Notes: generated from the sequence alone by a model not told the origin. A DNA stretch of 64,000 bases from an uncultured Planctomycetota bacterium (GCA_963845755.1 CAWJTV010000015.1:110587-174586); one strand, 5' to 3'. Numbered from the stretch's first letter, positions 31,492-42,984 are shown. Made by a program: numbers and translations.

Positions 31492-31587
31492 AATCGGGGC
31501 ATGGATCGCCTGCGCTGTGCGTGCCGGCCTTCGATCGTGCGAGACACACGTCGCGGTCGAGGGCCGTCGAGTTGAAAGGAACACGCG

Positions 31588-33979
31588 ATGAAAGGTCTCG
31601 TCCGGCTCTTGGTTGCGGGGGCCTTTTGCGTTGTGGCGGCGGTCGGGGCGATCGTCTGGATTACCGGAGGCATGGATTGGTCTCGCCTGGTCCGCCCGTC
31701 GGTCCCACCCGCCCCTCCGGGGACGAGCTCGGAAACCGAAGATCCCAACGTGACGTGGTATCCCGACCCCAACGCACCGGGAACGGATGCCAGGGTTTGC
31801 GTCGACCGGCGGCTCGCTGGATGTTGCTATGGGCGTCAACGCATTCGCGTTCAAGGGAACGATCCGGGACCCCAGCTCGCTGGGTGAGGTGCGTGAAGCG
31901 ATCCGAGTGCGCGGGCCGCGAGGGCTCGCCGCCAAGCGCAGGAGTACGATCGGCTCGGGCTCGACGCTCATCCCACATTCCAGCAAGGCCTCAAGGCCAT
32001 CCCATTGGCCGGCGAGGTCGCGTTCTACTACATGCACGAAGGGGATTTCGCGCAGGCCGAATCGTGGCTGCGACGAGGACTGGACCTGTGCCGGAACCTC
32101 GGTTTCCCCGCGGAGATCCAGGGCGAATTCCACGCGTTGCTCGGCATCTCCGCCCTCCGTCGCGGCGAGATCGAAAACTGCCTGGAGTGTCTCGGCCCGT
32201 CGAGCTGCATCTTCCCGATCGATCGCCAGGCCGTCCACATCCAGAAGGAAGGCTCACGCGAGGCCGTCCGGCACTTCTCGGATTACCTGAAACTGCGGCC
32301 CTGCGACCTTCGATTCCGATGGCTCCTGAATATCGCCTACATGACCCTGGGCGAGTACCCGGAGCAAGTCCCGAGAGAATACCTCATCCCGATGGATGGG
32401 TTCCGCTCGAAGATGGACGTCGGAGCCTTCCACAACGTCGCGCCCCGGGTAGGACTGGGCGTTCGCGGCCCGAACCTCGCCGGCGGGAGCTTCTTCGACG
32501 ATTTCAACGGCGACGACCTTCCGGACCTGTTCGTCACCTCGATCGACGTCGATCGGGGAGCTTCGCTGTTCCTGAACCGGGGCGATGGGACGTTCGACGA
32601 TCGTTCCGCGTCCGCGGGACTCGACGCCCAGGTCTACGCCCTGAACCTGGCACGCGGCGATTACGATAACGACGGCCATCCCGACGTGTTGTTGTTACGC
32701 GGCGCGTGGGAGAAGCCGGGTCGGCTCTCGCTGCTCAGGAACACGGGCGACGGCGTGTTCGAGGACGTGACGCTCAAGAGCGGGCTGGGAGAGCCGATCT
32801 CCTCCGAGTCGGCCGTCTGGGGCGACTACGATAACGATGGTTGGCTCGACGTGTTCGTCTGCGGCGAATTCCACACGACCGATCCCAATCCCCGCGAGCG
32901 CTGCCGGCTCTATCACAACCAGCACGATGGCACGTTCAAGGATGTCGGCCCGGAAGCCGGCGTCGCCGGTGATGGGATCGCCAAGGGATCGGCCTGGGGC
33001 GATTATGATGACGACGGCCGACTCGACCTGTTCGTCTCGTACATGGACCATCCCTGTCACCTCTATCATAACGAGGGCAATGGCCGCTTCCGTGACGTCA
33101 CCACCGAGCTGGGGATGGCGGGACCGGCCCACCTGCGCTCGTTCGCCTGCTGGTTCTGGGACTACGACAACGACGGCAACCTGGACCTCCTCGTGAATGA
33201 TTACTACGGCGCGCTCGTCAACATCGTGGCTCAGGCGATCGGCGTACGCGAGAAGGAAGACGCCGGACACCCTCGCCTCTACCGGAACCTGGGCAAGCAA
33301 GGCTTTCGCGACGTCAGCGATGAGGTTGGCCTGGATTCGACCATCGACGCGATGGGGGCGAATTTCGGGGACATCGACAACGACGGTTATCTCGACACCT
33401 ATTTCGGGACGGGCGAGATGTCGTATTCGGGGCTGGTGCCGAACGTGATGCTCAAGAACGTCGAGGGACGGCGCTTCGAAGACGTAACGGACTCGTCCCG
33501 GACCGGGCATCTCCAGAAAGGTCATGGAATCTCGTTCGCCGACTGGGATTGCGACGGCGACCTGGACCTGTTCTGCGTCCTGGGTGGTGCGTTTCCCGGC
33601 GACCAGGCTTATAATGTGTTGTTCCAGAACCCCGGTCACGGCCGGCACTGGCTGAAGGTCAAGCTGGTCGGCACCCGGACCAACCGATCCGCGATCGGGG
33701 CACGGATCCAGGCCGATCTGAAGGACGCCGACGGCCGCTGCGCGGTCGATCTACAGGACGATCGGCAACAACGGCAGCTTCGGGGGCAATTCACTGGTCG
33801 AGACGATCGGCCTGGGTGGCGCGACGTCCGTGACCAGCCTCAGAGTGACCTGGCCGACCAGTCGAACCACCCAGGTCTTCGCGAACGTAACTGCCGACCA
33901 ACTGATCGTGATCAGTGAAGGGACCGATTCGTACAAGGCCGTTCGCCAGTCTCCCTTGAAGCCGCCGGCCGCCCGGTAG
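31588..33979 (+). CDS. CRTAC1-family protein, copy 3 (same architecture as copy 2), three frame breaks
   Basis: ORFs 31588..31887, 31787..32290 and 32005..33918 plus a final frame (IYRTIGNNGSFGGNSLVETIGLGGATSVTSLRVTWPTSRTTQVF.., stop 33977-33979). Joins are near 31790, 31930 and 33740. It shares the exact RRGEIENCLECLGPSSCI motif with copy 2. Confidence 0.9.
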
Positions 33980-34059
33980 GGAAGGCGGTGCCCCTCAGAG
34001 CACCGCCGTATGATGCGGCGCCCCGTCCACCCTGCCTTCGAGTGTCCATCGAACGCTCT

Positions 34060-35383
34060 ATGGAACAACGCAACGGGACATCGAGCCGTGTACGTCCTCC
34101 CGGACTCGTGATCGTGATCGCCCTTGTGGGCTGCATTGGCGGGATCGTCGCGATCGGCGCGCGTCGATGGCGGGAGCCCGGGTACGCGCCTGAACGAAGT
34201 CCGGGCCCTCGCGCGTGCGGGAAAGTTCGAGCAGGCCCGGGAGGCGTTGCGCCCTGACCTGCGGGCCAGGCCCGATGACTCGCACGCTCACCTCCTGATG
34301 GCTCAGCTCGCCACCGAGCCGCCGCGTCCCGATCCGAAGATCGCCCTGGAACACCTTCGTGCCGTCCGCACGAGCGGCCCGAGGGAGGCCGCGATCGTGA
34401 AGTTCTTCGAGGGGAAGGCGCAGTATCAGCGCGCGGTACGACCTGGCCGAGGACTGCTGGAAGGAGGCACTTCGCCTCGATCCCATCGTGCCGGGAGCGG
34501 GCTGGGCGTCATGGACCTGCTGGACAAGGAGGGGCGGACGGAGGAAGCCCATCGGCTCGGCATGAGGATCCACGAGAGCGAGCCCGACCCGGTTGACCGG
34601 GTGAAGATCCTTCTGGAAGTCGCACGAATTGACATCGAGAAGGTCGCCCCCGGCTCGCAGGTCCAGTTGTTCGAGCCGCTGGCGAGGGAACACCCGGAGA
34701 ACCTCCCTCTGGACCTGTCGGCTGGCCTGGCCCTGGTCCATGACAGTCGGGGCGAGTCGGGGGTGGAGCTGCTGGAGGGGGCTCTCCGCGGCCACCCGGA
34801 CTCGGCCGAGGCCTGGGATGCCTGGATGACCGGGTTGTTTGACGCAGCCCAGTTCGATCGATTCAGCGAGGAGTTTGCTCGCTTGCCCAAGGCGATCGCC
34901 GCCGATCCACGGTTCGCCAAGCACGAGGGAAAGCTGGCACAAAACGCCCGCGACTGGCCGCGGGCCGTCCGGGCTTATCGCCGCGCCCTCACACTCGATC
35001 CCTCGGACCAGGCGATCCTCTACCGGTTCTGGTTCGTCCTTCGTCAGTCCGGGCAGACTGCGGAATTCGAACGGATCGACCGCGACTATCAGAGCTATCG
35101 CGAAGCCTATCGCCAGTTGCGCGGGACCACCTTCGATCTGGACCCGTCGGCCATGAAGCCGAGCTCGAATGCGGAGGAGCTCGGAAAGCATCGCGGCCTC
35201 TACTACGAGGCGATTGCCATGCCGACGCTCGGCGTGGTTTCCCAGCCGGATCTCTATCATCGACTGGCCGACCTCCGCGAGCGAATGGGCCGGCGCGACG
35301 AGGCGCGCGCCTGGCACCTCCTGGTGCTGCGGGATCGCCCGGGCGACGCGGTCAGCCTGGCGGTGCTCGAGCGGTTGAAGTAA
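34060..35383 (+). CDS. Membrane-anchored TPR protein, one frame break plus one compensated pair
   Basis: ATG 34060 gives MEQRNGTSSRVRPPGLVIVIALVGCIGGIVAIG (TM) and joins ORF 34124..35383 near 34182. Within that ORF, 34435-34509 reads better in another frame (YDLAEDCWKEALRLDPIVPGAGWA). Confidence 0.82.
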
Positions 35384-35568
35384 CATGGAATCGTCCCAGC
35401 CCGATACCATTGCACCTGAGTGCGTGGCTTCGGATGGTGCGTAGCCCACCGACCTCGGCGTCCTCCCGATCCGATGGGCTGGGTGAAACGCACCGACGTG
35501 CGAGGCAAGAGGTACCCCGTCCGAACCACGGTCTCACGACCGGGGTCACCGTGAGCGGCAAGTGATCA

Positions 35569-36900
35569 GTGAGCAGTGGGCTCGTTGTGGCAAGCGACAA
35601 GAGAATGATCTCCGAAACGGAAGTGGCCATTCCCTCCGAGGTTGAGCATTCGGTCGCTCAGGTTGAACGATCGGTCGCGGTGCCCGTGCCCGTTCGAGCG
35701 AGTCGGAGACGCCTTCGTTGGCTGACAACCTTGGTGGTATCCGCGGCAGTCGTCGGTTTGCTCGGATTCAATGCCTGGTGGTACTGGCGCGACACACGTC
35801 CGATCGCCAGCCTTCGAACGATCGAGGCCTGGATCGTCCGGGAACAATATGGTCCGGCCGAGGACGCGCTGCGGGCACGCCTCAGGCATGCCCCGCATGA
35901 CGCCGAGGCTCGTATGATTCTGGCGCGGGTCCTGGCTGCGCGGGGTGACACGGCGGGCTGCGCTCGAGAGCTGCATCAGGTTCCGCACTGGTGGCCGAAC
36001 AAGCCCGATGCCCTGTTCCGCGAGGCTCAGGCTTACTTGATGATCGACCGGGCGAGGGAGGCCGAGGCCGCGCTCCTGGCGGTGATCGAGGCCGACCCAC
36101 TCCATCCTCCAGGCTCGGAGCTCGCTCACGACGCGAGCCAGGAACTCCTGAAACTTTACGCGATGGAAGACCGATGGGAGGATGCCTACGGTGTCCTCTG
36201 GACGGCCTACGATCGTTCGGCGCCCGCCGACCGTCCCGTGTTGCTCTCGATGCGGATCCGATGCGAACTGCAGCGCGTGGCACCGACTGAATCGATAAAA
36301 CTGCTACGTCGCTACGTGGCCGCCGACCCACAGGACTGGGAGGCGCGACGTTCCCTGGCGAACGTCGAGATGGCGCTGGGCCACGGGGCGGAAGCGGTCC
36401 GCGAGATGCGGGCGTGCCTCGAGGGACGTCCGGACGATTCCCGCACCTGGCGCGACTATCTGACTCTACTCCAGTCGCTGGGCGATCTCGACGCCTTCAA
36501 CGCCGCCCTGGAGCGGCTCCCCAAAAGCGCCGACGAGGAGCCGGAGATCTGGCTCCTTCGCGGCCAGGCGCGCGAGCGGAACGGCGACTCCGCCGGCGCC
36601 GCCGAGAACTATCGCCAGGCTCTCCAGCTCAACCCCAATCTCGTCGCCGCTCGCTATCGCCTGGCGATGATCGAGGAGCGCCTGGGCCATCGCCAGGAAG
36701 CCGCCGCCCACCGGAAGCGCTGGCAGGAGATCCGAGACGCCCGCGGAAAGCTGGCCCAGGTCTACTCGGACTACTACGCCGCGTTCGATCGACCTGCCCA
36801 GGACCTCCGCGACGCCGTCAAGAAGCTGGCCTCGATCTGCGAGACAATCGGCTGGCTACGGGTCGCGGAGGGCTGGAACCGGTACGCGGCCACCCTGTGA
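35569..36900 (+). CDS. Membrane-anchored TPR protein (intact)
   Basis: ORF 35569..36900 (GTG start, or ATG 35605). It has TM LTTLVVSAAVVGLLGF and TPR units such as AENYRQALQLNPNLVAARYRLAMIEERLG. No frame break seen. Confidence 0.85.
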   Translation: MSSGLVVASDKRMISETEVAIPSEVEHSVAQVERSVAVPVPVRASRRRLRWLTTLVVSAAVVGLLGFNAWWYWRDTRPIASLRTIEAWIVREQYGPAEDALRARLRHAPHDAEARMILARVLAARGDTAGCARELHQVPHWWPNKPDALFREAQAYLMIDRAREAEAALLAVIEADPLHPPGSELAHDASQELLKLYAMEDRWEDAYGVLWTAYDRSAPADRPVLLSMRIRCELQRVAPTESIKLLRRYVAADPQDWEARRSLANVEMALGHGAEAVREMRACLEGRPDDSRTWRDYLTLLQSLGDLDAFNAALERLPKSADEEPEIWLLRGQARERNGDSAGAAENYRQALQLNPNLVAARYRLAMIEERLGHRQEAAAHRKRWQEIRDARGKLAQVYSDYYAAFDRPAQDLRDAVKKLASICETIGWLRVAEGWNRYAATL

Positions 36901-37022
36901 GTACGCGGGACGCAATGAGGAAACGACCATGAGCGGCGCATTCTTCTCTTCACTGCGTACGACCCTACGCGGTCTTGGAACGCTGACGGAACAACTTCCC
37001 GGAATCGGACCAGCCCTAACTC

Positions 37023-37429
37023 GTTCCCACGCTCTGCGTGGGAATGCCTTCTTCGACGCTCTGCGTCGCGGCCTTCGGCCCCGCCCGTGGGACGCGGAGC
37101 GTCCCGGACGGCATTCCCACGCGGAGCGTGGGAACGAGGGGAAATCGGGAGGTTGTTTCGTCAGCGTTCCTCGGCCGCAAGCTAGAGCGCGTAACGATTG
37201 CGTTGCGCATGCGCCCGCCGCGAGCGATCGAGCCCACCGCGGCCAGTGGGGGACGATGTGCGGCGGCGGCCCGCAGGGCCTCAGGAGCAAAGCCCCGGGT
37301 GAAACCCGGTGTCCGCGGCAAGCCGGCCTTCATCCCCGGAGGCCTGAAGGGCCGCAGGAGACGTCCGGCACCCCTTCAGGGTGCACGAGGAAGGCGCGGG
37401 GTGCACGAGTCCCAGGGTTTCACCCTGGG
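37023..37429. repeat. Composite palindromic repeat cluster (REP/BIME-like), same core family as 31238-31364
   Basis: GTTCCCACGCTCTGCGTGGGAAT (37023-37045), CGACGCTCTGCGTCG (37054-37068), GGCCTTCGGCC (37071-37081), GGGACGCGGAGCGTCCC (37089-37105), ATTCCCACGCGGAGCGTGGGAAC (37113-37135). Further downstream: CCGGGTGAAACCCGG (37295-37309), GGCCTTCA..TGAAGGGCC (37325-37353) and CCCAGGGTTTCACCCTGGG (37411-37429). Confidence 0.85.
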
Positions 37430-37544
37430 CTGGGTTCCCGCGGCCCGTCAGGCCGCAGAACATCGGAAATGTTGAATCACGAATCGGGGCTTCCCGACTT
37501 GTCGCACGACCCAGGGATCCTACGGAGGAAGACTCGACTGACCA

Positions 37545-39418
37545 ATGACCAATCCCCAACGATGTCTTCTGGGCGTGATCGTGCTGGGAGCATCGCTCCT
37601 TTTCGGCTGGCTTGGGTGGTCGCGGTACCGGTTGACGACCGACCCATTGAGCATGGCGCGAGAGGCGTATTCCCGCGGCGACTGGGAGTCTGCGGCCGGC
37701 CTGTGCGTGCGCGGCTCAAGTCGGCGCCCGAAGACGTCCCGGCCTTGCAACTCCTGGCCCGGGCGTCGGTCCGGCTGGGGCGAGACTCCGTGGCGACGGC
37801 GCTCTATCAACGGCTTGGCTCGTTGGCCCCGACAGCCGAAGACCTGTATCTCCAGGGGCTGGTCCTGTCCCGGTCCGACAAGCCCCGGCGGGCGGTGGCC
37901 ACCTGGGAGCACGCCCGGACCCTGGATCCGGATCATCCTGAGACGCTTCTCGAGCTGACCCGCGCTATCGCGCCCGCGGCCGCCTCGACGACGCGGAGCA
38001 GGTCGGTACCGCACTGGCAACTGCGCCACGGTTGGGAGTCGCGCGCCGAGGCGATGCTCGGCATGATCCAGCTCGAGCGGAACGACCCGGCGGGCGCCGC
38101 CGCCTACTGGCTGCGTGCCCTGGGGCGAGCGGAGGTGGTGAAAGACGGGGTGCCCCGGCCGATCGTGCCGCGCAAGGAACTGGCGATCGCCTGGCTGCGA
38201 GCGGGGCGACCGGGCGATGCCCGGGACCAGCTCCGCATCGTCCTGGCCGCGAAGCCCGATCCCGAAGCCTACTGGCTCATGAGCCGCGCCGCACTTCAGG
38301 AGGGCGCCTGGGATGAAGCCCGGTCCGCGTTCCAGAAGGGGAGCGCCTATCGCGACGAGCATCCCGAGGTCTTCGACCCGGCCCCGTACGTCGGCTCGGA
38401 GCCGTGCGCCGCCTGCCATACCGCCGAGTTCAAATCGCAGCAGGCTTCGCGTCATGCCCGGACGTTTTTCCGCGACGCCGAGCTCGGCGGCCTCGTGCTC
38501 CCCGCCTCGACGGTCGCCGATCGCTTCGATTCCAGGACCACACACGCGCTCTACCGGACCGCCGACGGCCGGTTGCGGCAGGAGACCCGAAGGGACCGTC
38601 AGGTCTTCGACGCGGTCGTCCAGTATGCGTTCGGCTCCGGGGACCGGGGACTGACTCTCGTGGGGCGCGACGGCAAAGGGAAAGCCTACGAGCTTCGGCT
38701 CTCGGAGTATCCCGATGGCTCCGCCGCGACCTGGGACCTGACTTCAGGTCATCCACGCAATCCGGGCCGGCCCGAAGAGTTCCTCGGCCAGCCGCTGACC
38801 GAAGATGCGGTCCGACTCTGCCTGTCCTGTCACGTTACCGAGCCGAAAGCCGTGCTCGACCGATCCGGCCCGTGCGCGCTCGACCGGGGAATCGGCTGCG
38901 AGAAATGTCACGGCCCCGGCGGGAACCACCTGAGGGCGGTCGAGGCCAAGCTTGTCGAGTCGGACCCGTCGATCGGCCGGCCATCGATGGTCGCCGGCGC
39001 CCGGCTCGTACACATCTGCGCCCAGTGTCACACCCCGTCCAACCACGAGGTCTCGCGCGACGACCCGACCTCGGCCCGCTTCCAGAGCACCACGCTGACC
39101 TGGAGCCGCTGCTTCACCGAGAGCAACGACTCGCTGGATTGCGCGACCTGCCATAACCCGCATCGGGATGCCTCGACATCGATCCCACACTACGAGGCCC
39201 GGTGCCTGTCGTGCCATTCCAGCCAGGGTTCGGGACCGAGATCGCCTCAGACCGGCGACTCGAGGCCGCGTCGGCACGCGCTCATTCCATCCTCGGCTCG
39301 CACGATCTGTCCAGTCAACCCGGTGCAGGGCTGTATCGGCTGCCACATGCCGGCCGTCAAGGACATCGTCCCCCACTCGTCCTTCACCGATCACTTCATC
39401 CGCGTGCACCGAGATTGA
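37545..39418 (+). CDS. Membrane-anchored TPR + heptahaem c-type cytochrome fusion, one frame break plus one compensated pair
   Basis: ATG 37545 gives MTNPQRCLLGVIVLGASLLFGW (TM) and joins ORF 36929..39418 near 37710. The TPR part is followed by seven CxxCH motifs: CAACH, CLSCH, CEKCH, CAQCH, CATCH, CLSCH, CIGCH. 37970-38029 reads better as ARGRLDDAEQVGTALATAP in another frame. Confidence 0.88.
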
Positions 39419-39421
39419 CGA

Positions 39422-40805
39422 TCATCCTTCCCTGGGCTCGAGAGGCGTCGCGATCGATGCGGCCGATGGATTTTGGGTCGCCGTAGGCGAGCCCGGAGAC
39501 GGCGGGGAACCGGTTGGGAAATCGTATTCGGTAGCGAGCACATCGGCGAGGGAACGTCCGGCCCCCTCACGGCTCGCTTCGTTCCGTTTGAGCTCGTTGA
39601 GGTGGTGCCGAAGATCCTCACGGTCCGGATGCATGGCGATGGCCACGGTCAGGTTGGCCCTGGCCCGGAAACCCTGGCCGAGCTGTTCGGCCAGGCGCGC
39701 CATCTCCACGGAGTCGCGCACTGGTTGATTGCGCCGATAGAGTTTCTGGTAGCGCGCCTCGAGTCGCTCGATCTCGCCCTTCCGAGTTTGCAGATCGGCG
39801 GCGCGGGACGGTTGGCCTTCCTGGGTCGCCAGGGCGGCGAGCCGGTCGAGAACGGCATGGTCGGCGGGATCGACCACGATGAGGCGTTCGAGGGCCCGCC
39901 GTTCGGCACCAGGATCCCCGCGCCTGCGCGGCTAGCCAGGCTGCAAGGCGCGGGGCCTCGGCGGGAGGCGATTCCGCGACGGGGAGATGCTTCAGCGCTT
40001 CGCTCGCCGCCGCAACGTGATTGGTCCTCACCGCCCAGTCCAGCCGGGCTCGCCAGACCGGGATATCCTCGGGCCGACGCTGCAGACAGGCATCGAGCCA
40101 CCGCTTCGCCTCGTCGAACGATCCGCTACGGATCGCCAGGTTGGCCTTCCCGAGCCAGACCCGATCGTCGTCCGGAGCCAGGCTTGCGGCCTGGTCGAGG
40201 ATGGAACGGATCGCGTCCGGCGACATGGGGTTTTGCTGGTGCTCGATGTGCGACCGGACCAGGTTGATGGCCTGCTCGGTAGCCCCTTCACCCGCCCGGT
40301 CCAGCGCATCCCAGCGCCTCTCGATCAAATGAAGGGACTCCGCGAGGCGACCTTGATATCGATAGAGCGGTTCGAGCAAGATCAAGACACTGGATGCCTC
40401 GACCCGAGGATCGTCTCGTGCGTCCCGGATGATCTGCTCAGTCTCCGAGAATCGCCCGCGCTCCGTCTCGATCTTCATCCGACCCAGGAGCGCACTGGCG
40501 GCGAACGGAGAATCGGGCGCCACCCGGGCCCAGGCCTCCGCGGCCGGTTGGGGCCGCCCTCGAGCCAGCTCGCAGGTGCCCAGGAGATAAAGAGCCGCGT
40601 CCGAGCCGGGCTTCCGGGCCAGTAGCTCATGCAGTCTCCGCGTGGCGGTCGCGTGTCGCCCGTTCTTGATCTCCTGCTCGATCTCCGCGATGGCGATGCG
40701 ATCGCGCCGGACGTCCCACCCTTTCCAACCGACGCGGAGCAGCACCGCCCCGGCGACGATGGCCAGCAACCCCACGAGCCGCCAACGCCCCGCGCGCTCC
40801 CTCAT
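39422..40805 (-). CDS. Membrane-anchored TPR protein, one frame break
   Basis: ATG 40805 gives MRERAGRWRLVGLLAIVAGAVLL (TM) in ORF 39618..41162. The C-terminal part RGDPGAERRALERLIVVDPADHAVLDRLAALATQEG.. is in ORF 39422..39877. The join is near 39930. Confidence 0.82.
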
Positions 40806-40983
40806 CCCGATCTCCCGTCGTAAGAGTATCCGGGCCACGTGAGCCCAGCCTTCAATCAGTATGTCCAGCCGGGGCCGTGGCCGGCAATCCGACCCGGTCG
40901 CTGGACGCCTTGACAGGTAATCCATGCCTTGCCAAGATGCAGAGATCCACCGTTCGATCCCCGATTGCGATGGGCCGACGCCG

Positions 40984-42984
40984 ATGACGCCTGAGACCGC
41001 TCTGCTCGACGAGGCCAAACCCTCCGGCGCGTGGTCTCCCGATCGCGACACCAGCCGCCCTGGCCTCATTCGGTTCCTGGTGCTGTCGGCCTGGTGCGGG
41101 CTCCTTGCGGGCCTGCTCGAGGTGGGTGCGATCATCGTGCGGAAACAGGTGTTCGATTCCAATCATCTCTACTGGATCAGCCATCATTTCGTCTGGCTGA
41201 TCCCCTTGCTCAACCTGGCCCTTTTCCTCGTCGTCGGCGCGCTGCTGTCGATCCTGAGGTTCTGGCGCGCCGCGACGCGGCCGATGGCTCGCCACCCGGC
41301 TCCTGGGCGCGCTGACCGTGCTTCCCCCCATCTGGGCCGGTTTCCCGCGGATTTACGGCCCGGCCGGATTTCTCCTGGCGCTGGGTATCGCGGCGCGGTT
41401 GGTCCCGTCGCTGGAGCGGCATCCTGACCGCTTTCGCCGGATGGTCCGGGCCACCTTCCCGGTCATCGCCGGTCTCGTCGCGATCGCGGCGGGCTCGCTC
41501 TGGAGTCAAGATCGAATCAAGGAATGGCGCGAGGCGGCCCGGCCCCTACCATCGCCGGGCAGCCCCAACGTCCTGTTGATCGTGCTGGACACGGTGAGCG
41601 CCCAGCATCTGAGCCTCCATGGCTACGATCGTCCCACCAGCCCGACCCTCGAAGAGTTGGCGAGCCAGGGGATTCGCTTCGATCGCGTACGGGCGACGTC
41701 GTCGTGGACCCTGCCATCCCATGGGAGCATGTTTACAGGAAGATGGCCTCATGAGCTATCCGCCGGCTACTTCACCCCGCTGGACCGGACGGATCCCACG
41801 CTGGCGGAGTTCCTGGGATCGCGCGGCTACGCGACGGCGGGCTTCGTCGCCAACTCCGGGTATTGTGGGACGGACTCCGGCCTGGCTCGCGGCTTCACCG
41901 ATTACCGGGATTATCAGTTCCCTCGGCTCACCGCTTTCCGGAACGCCGTCCTGGTGGCTCGCCCCATGGAGGCGGGACTCGCGGCGATGGGGGATTTCCT
42001 CGAGAGCTGGCCGGCCCTGGTCGCCCTGGCCCCGGCGGTAGCGGACCTCGGGTGGTATCTCCTGAGCGATCGGAAGGATGCGGCGGACGTCAATCGCGAG
42101 TTCCTCGACTGGCTCTCCCATCGCCGGCAGCCGGCGCGGCCCTTCTTCGCCTTCCTGAATTATTTTGACGCCCACGTTCCGTATCAGGTCCCGGAGCGAG
42201 GGCTCCACCGGTTCGGTGCGAAGCCGCGCAATCCCGCCGAGCTGACCGTGACCAAGTACTGGGTGATGGTGGCGAGGGAGGGACCTTCCCCGCAGCAGAT
42301 CGAGTTCGCTCGCGATTCCTACGACGACTGCGTCGCGGACCTCGACGAGCAGCTTGGCTGCTTGATCGATGAGCTCGCTCGTCGTGGCGTTCTCGAGCGG
42401 ACCTGGATGATCGTCACGGCGGACCACGGCGAAAGCTTCGGCGAACAACCCGGCATATTCGTGCACGGAACGAGTCTCTACCAGGCCCAGCTCCACGTTC
42501 CGCTGGTGATCGTCCCCCCCGCGGGCGGCCCGCCGCCGACAATCGTTGACCAGACGGCAAGCTTGCGGGACCTGGCGGCGACGATCGTTGATGTCCTGGG
42601 TTTTCAGGCCGAATCCCCCTTTCCCGGGACGACGCTCGGCCGGTTCTGGAAGGGGTCGTCCGCGCCAACGTCCGCCCAGTCCGCGGCGTCGGAGCCGGCC
42701 CTTTCCGAAGTCGTCCCCCTCGGTCCCTCATTCGAACCCGATCCCGGCAATGGCCATTGGCCGCCTTGACCGACGACGATTGGACGTACATTCGTCATGA
42801 AGAAACCGATCGTGAGGAACTGTACCGCGCGCGCGCGGACTCCAAGGAGCAGCACAACCTCGCCGTTGACCCGGCCATGAAAACCAGGCTGGAACGGCTG
42901 CGGGCCACCCTGAGCCGACTCACGGCCGGCCCGCTGACTGCGCCAGCGATTCAATCCCTGAGCGTGGGTGAGAGACAATCCTAG
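40984..42984 (+). CDS. Membrane-anchored sulfatase, copy 2 (paralog of 18864..20866), two frame breaks
   Basis: ORFs 40924..41427, 41318..42769 and 42757..42984 join near 41272 and 42760. Motifs are PNVLLIVLDTVSAQHLSLHGY, SWTLPSHGSMFTG and IVTADHGESFGE. The tail reads DWTYIRHEETDREELYRARADSKEQHNL. Confidence 0.88.

Noticed and set aside
9046-37429. Possible CRISPR arrays, considering the REP clusters and the heptamer array.
   Set aside because: There are no regularly spaced direct repeats of 24-48 nt separated by unique spacers of similar length. The repeats are palindromic hairpins or a 7-bp microsatellite, and no cas-like genes are present.
36856-37544. The N-terminal ~200 codons of ORF 36929..39418 and ORFs 36856..37290, 37016..37333 and 37038..37475, with peptides like AFPRRAWER, HSHAERGNE and GFTLGWVPAARQAA.
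   Set aside because: These are translations of the REP-like palindrome cluster. The real cytochrome gene has its own start (37545), with a TM helix, in another frame.
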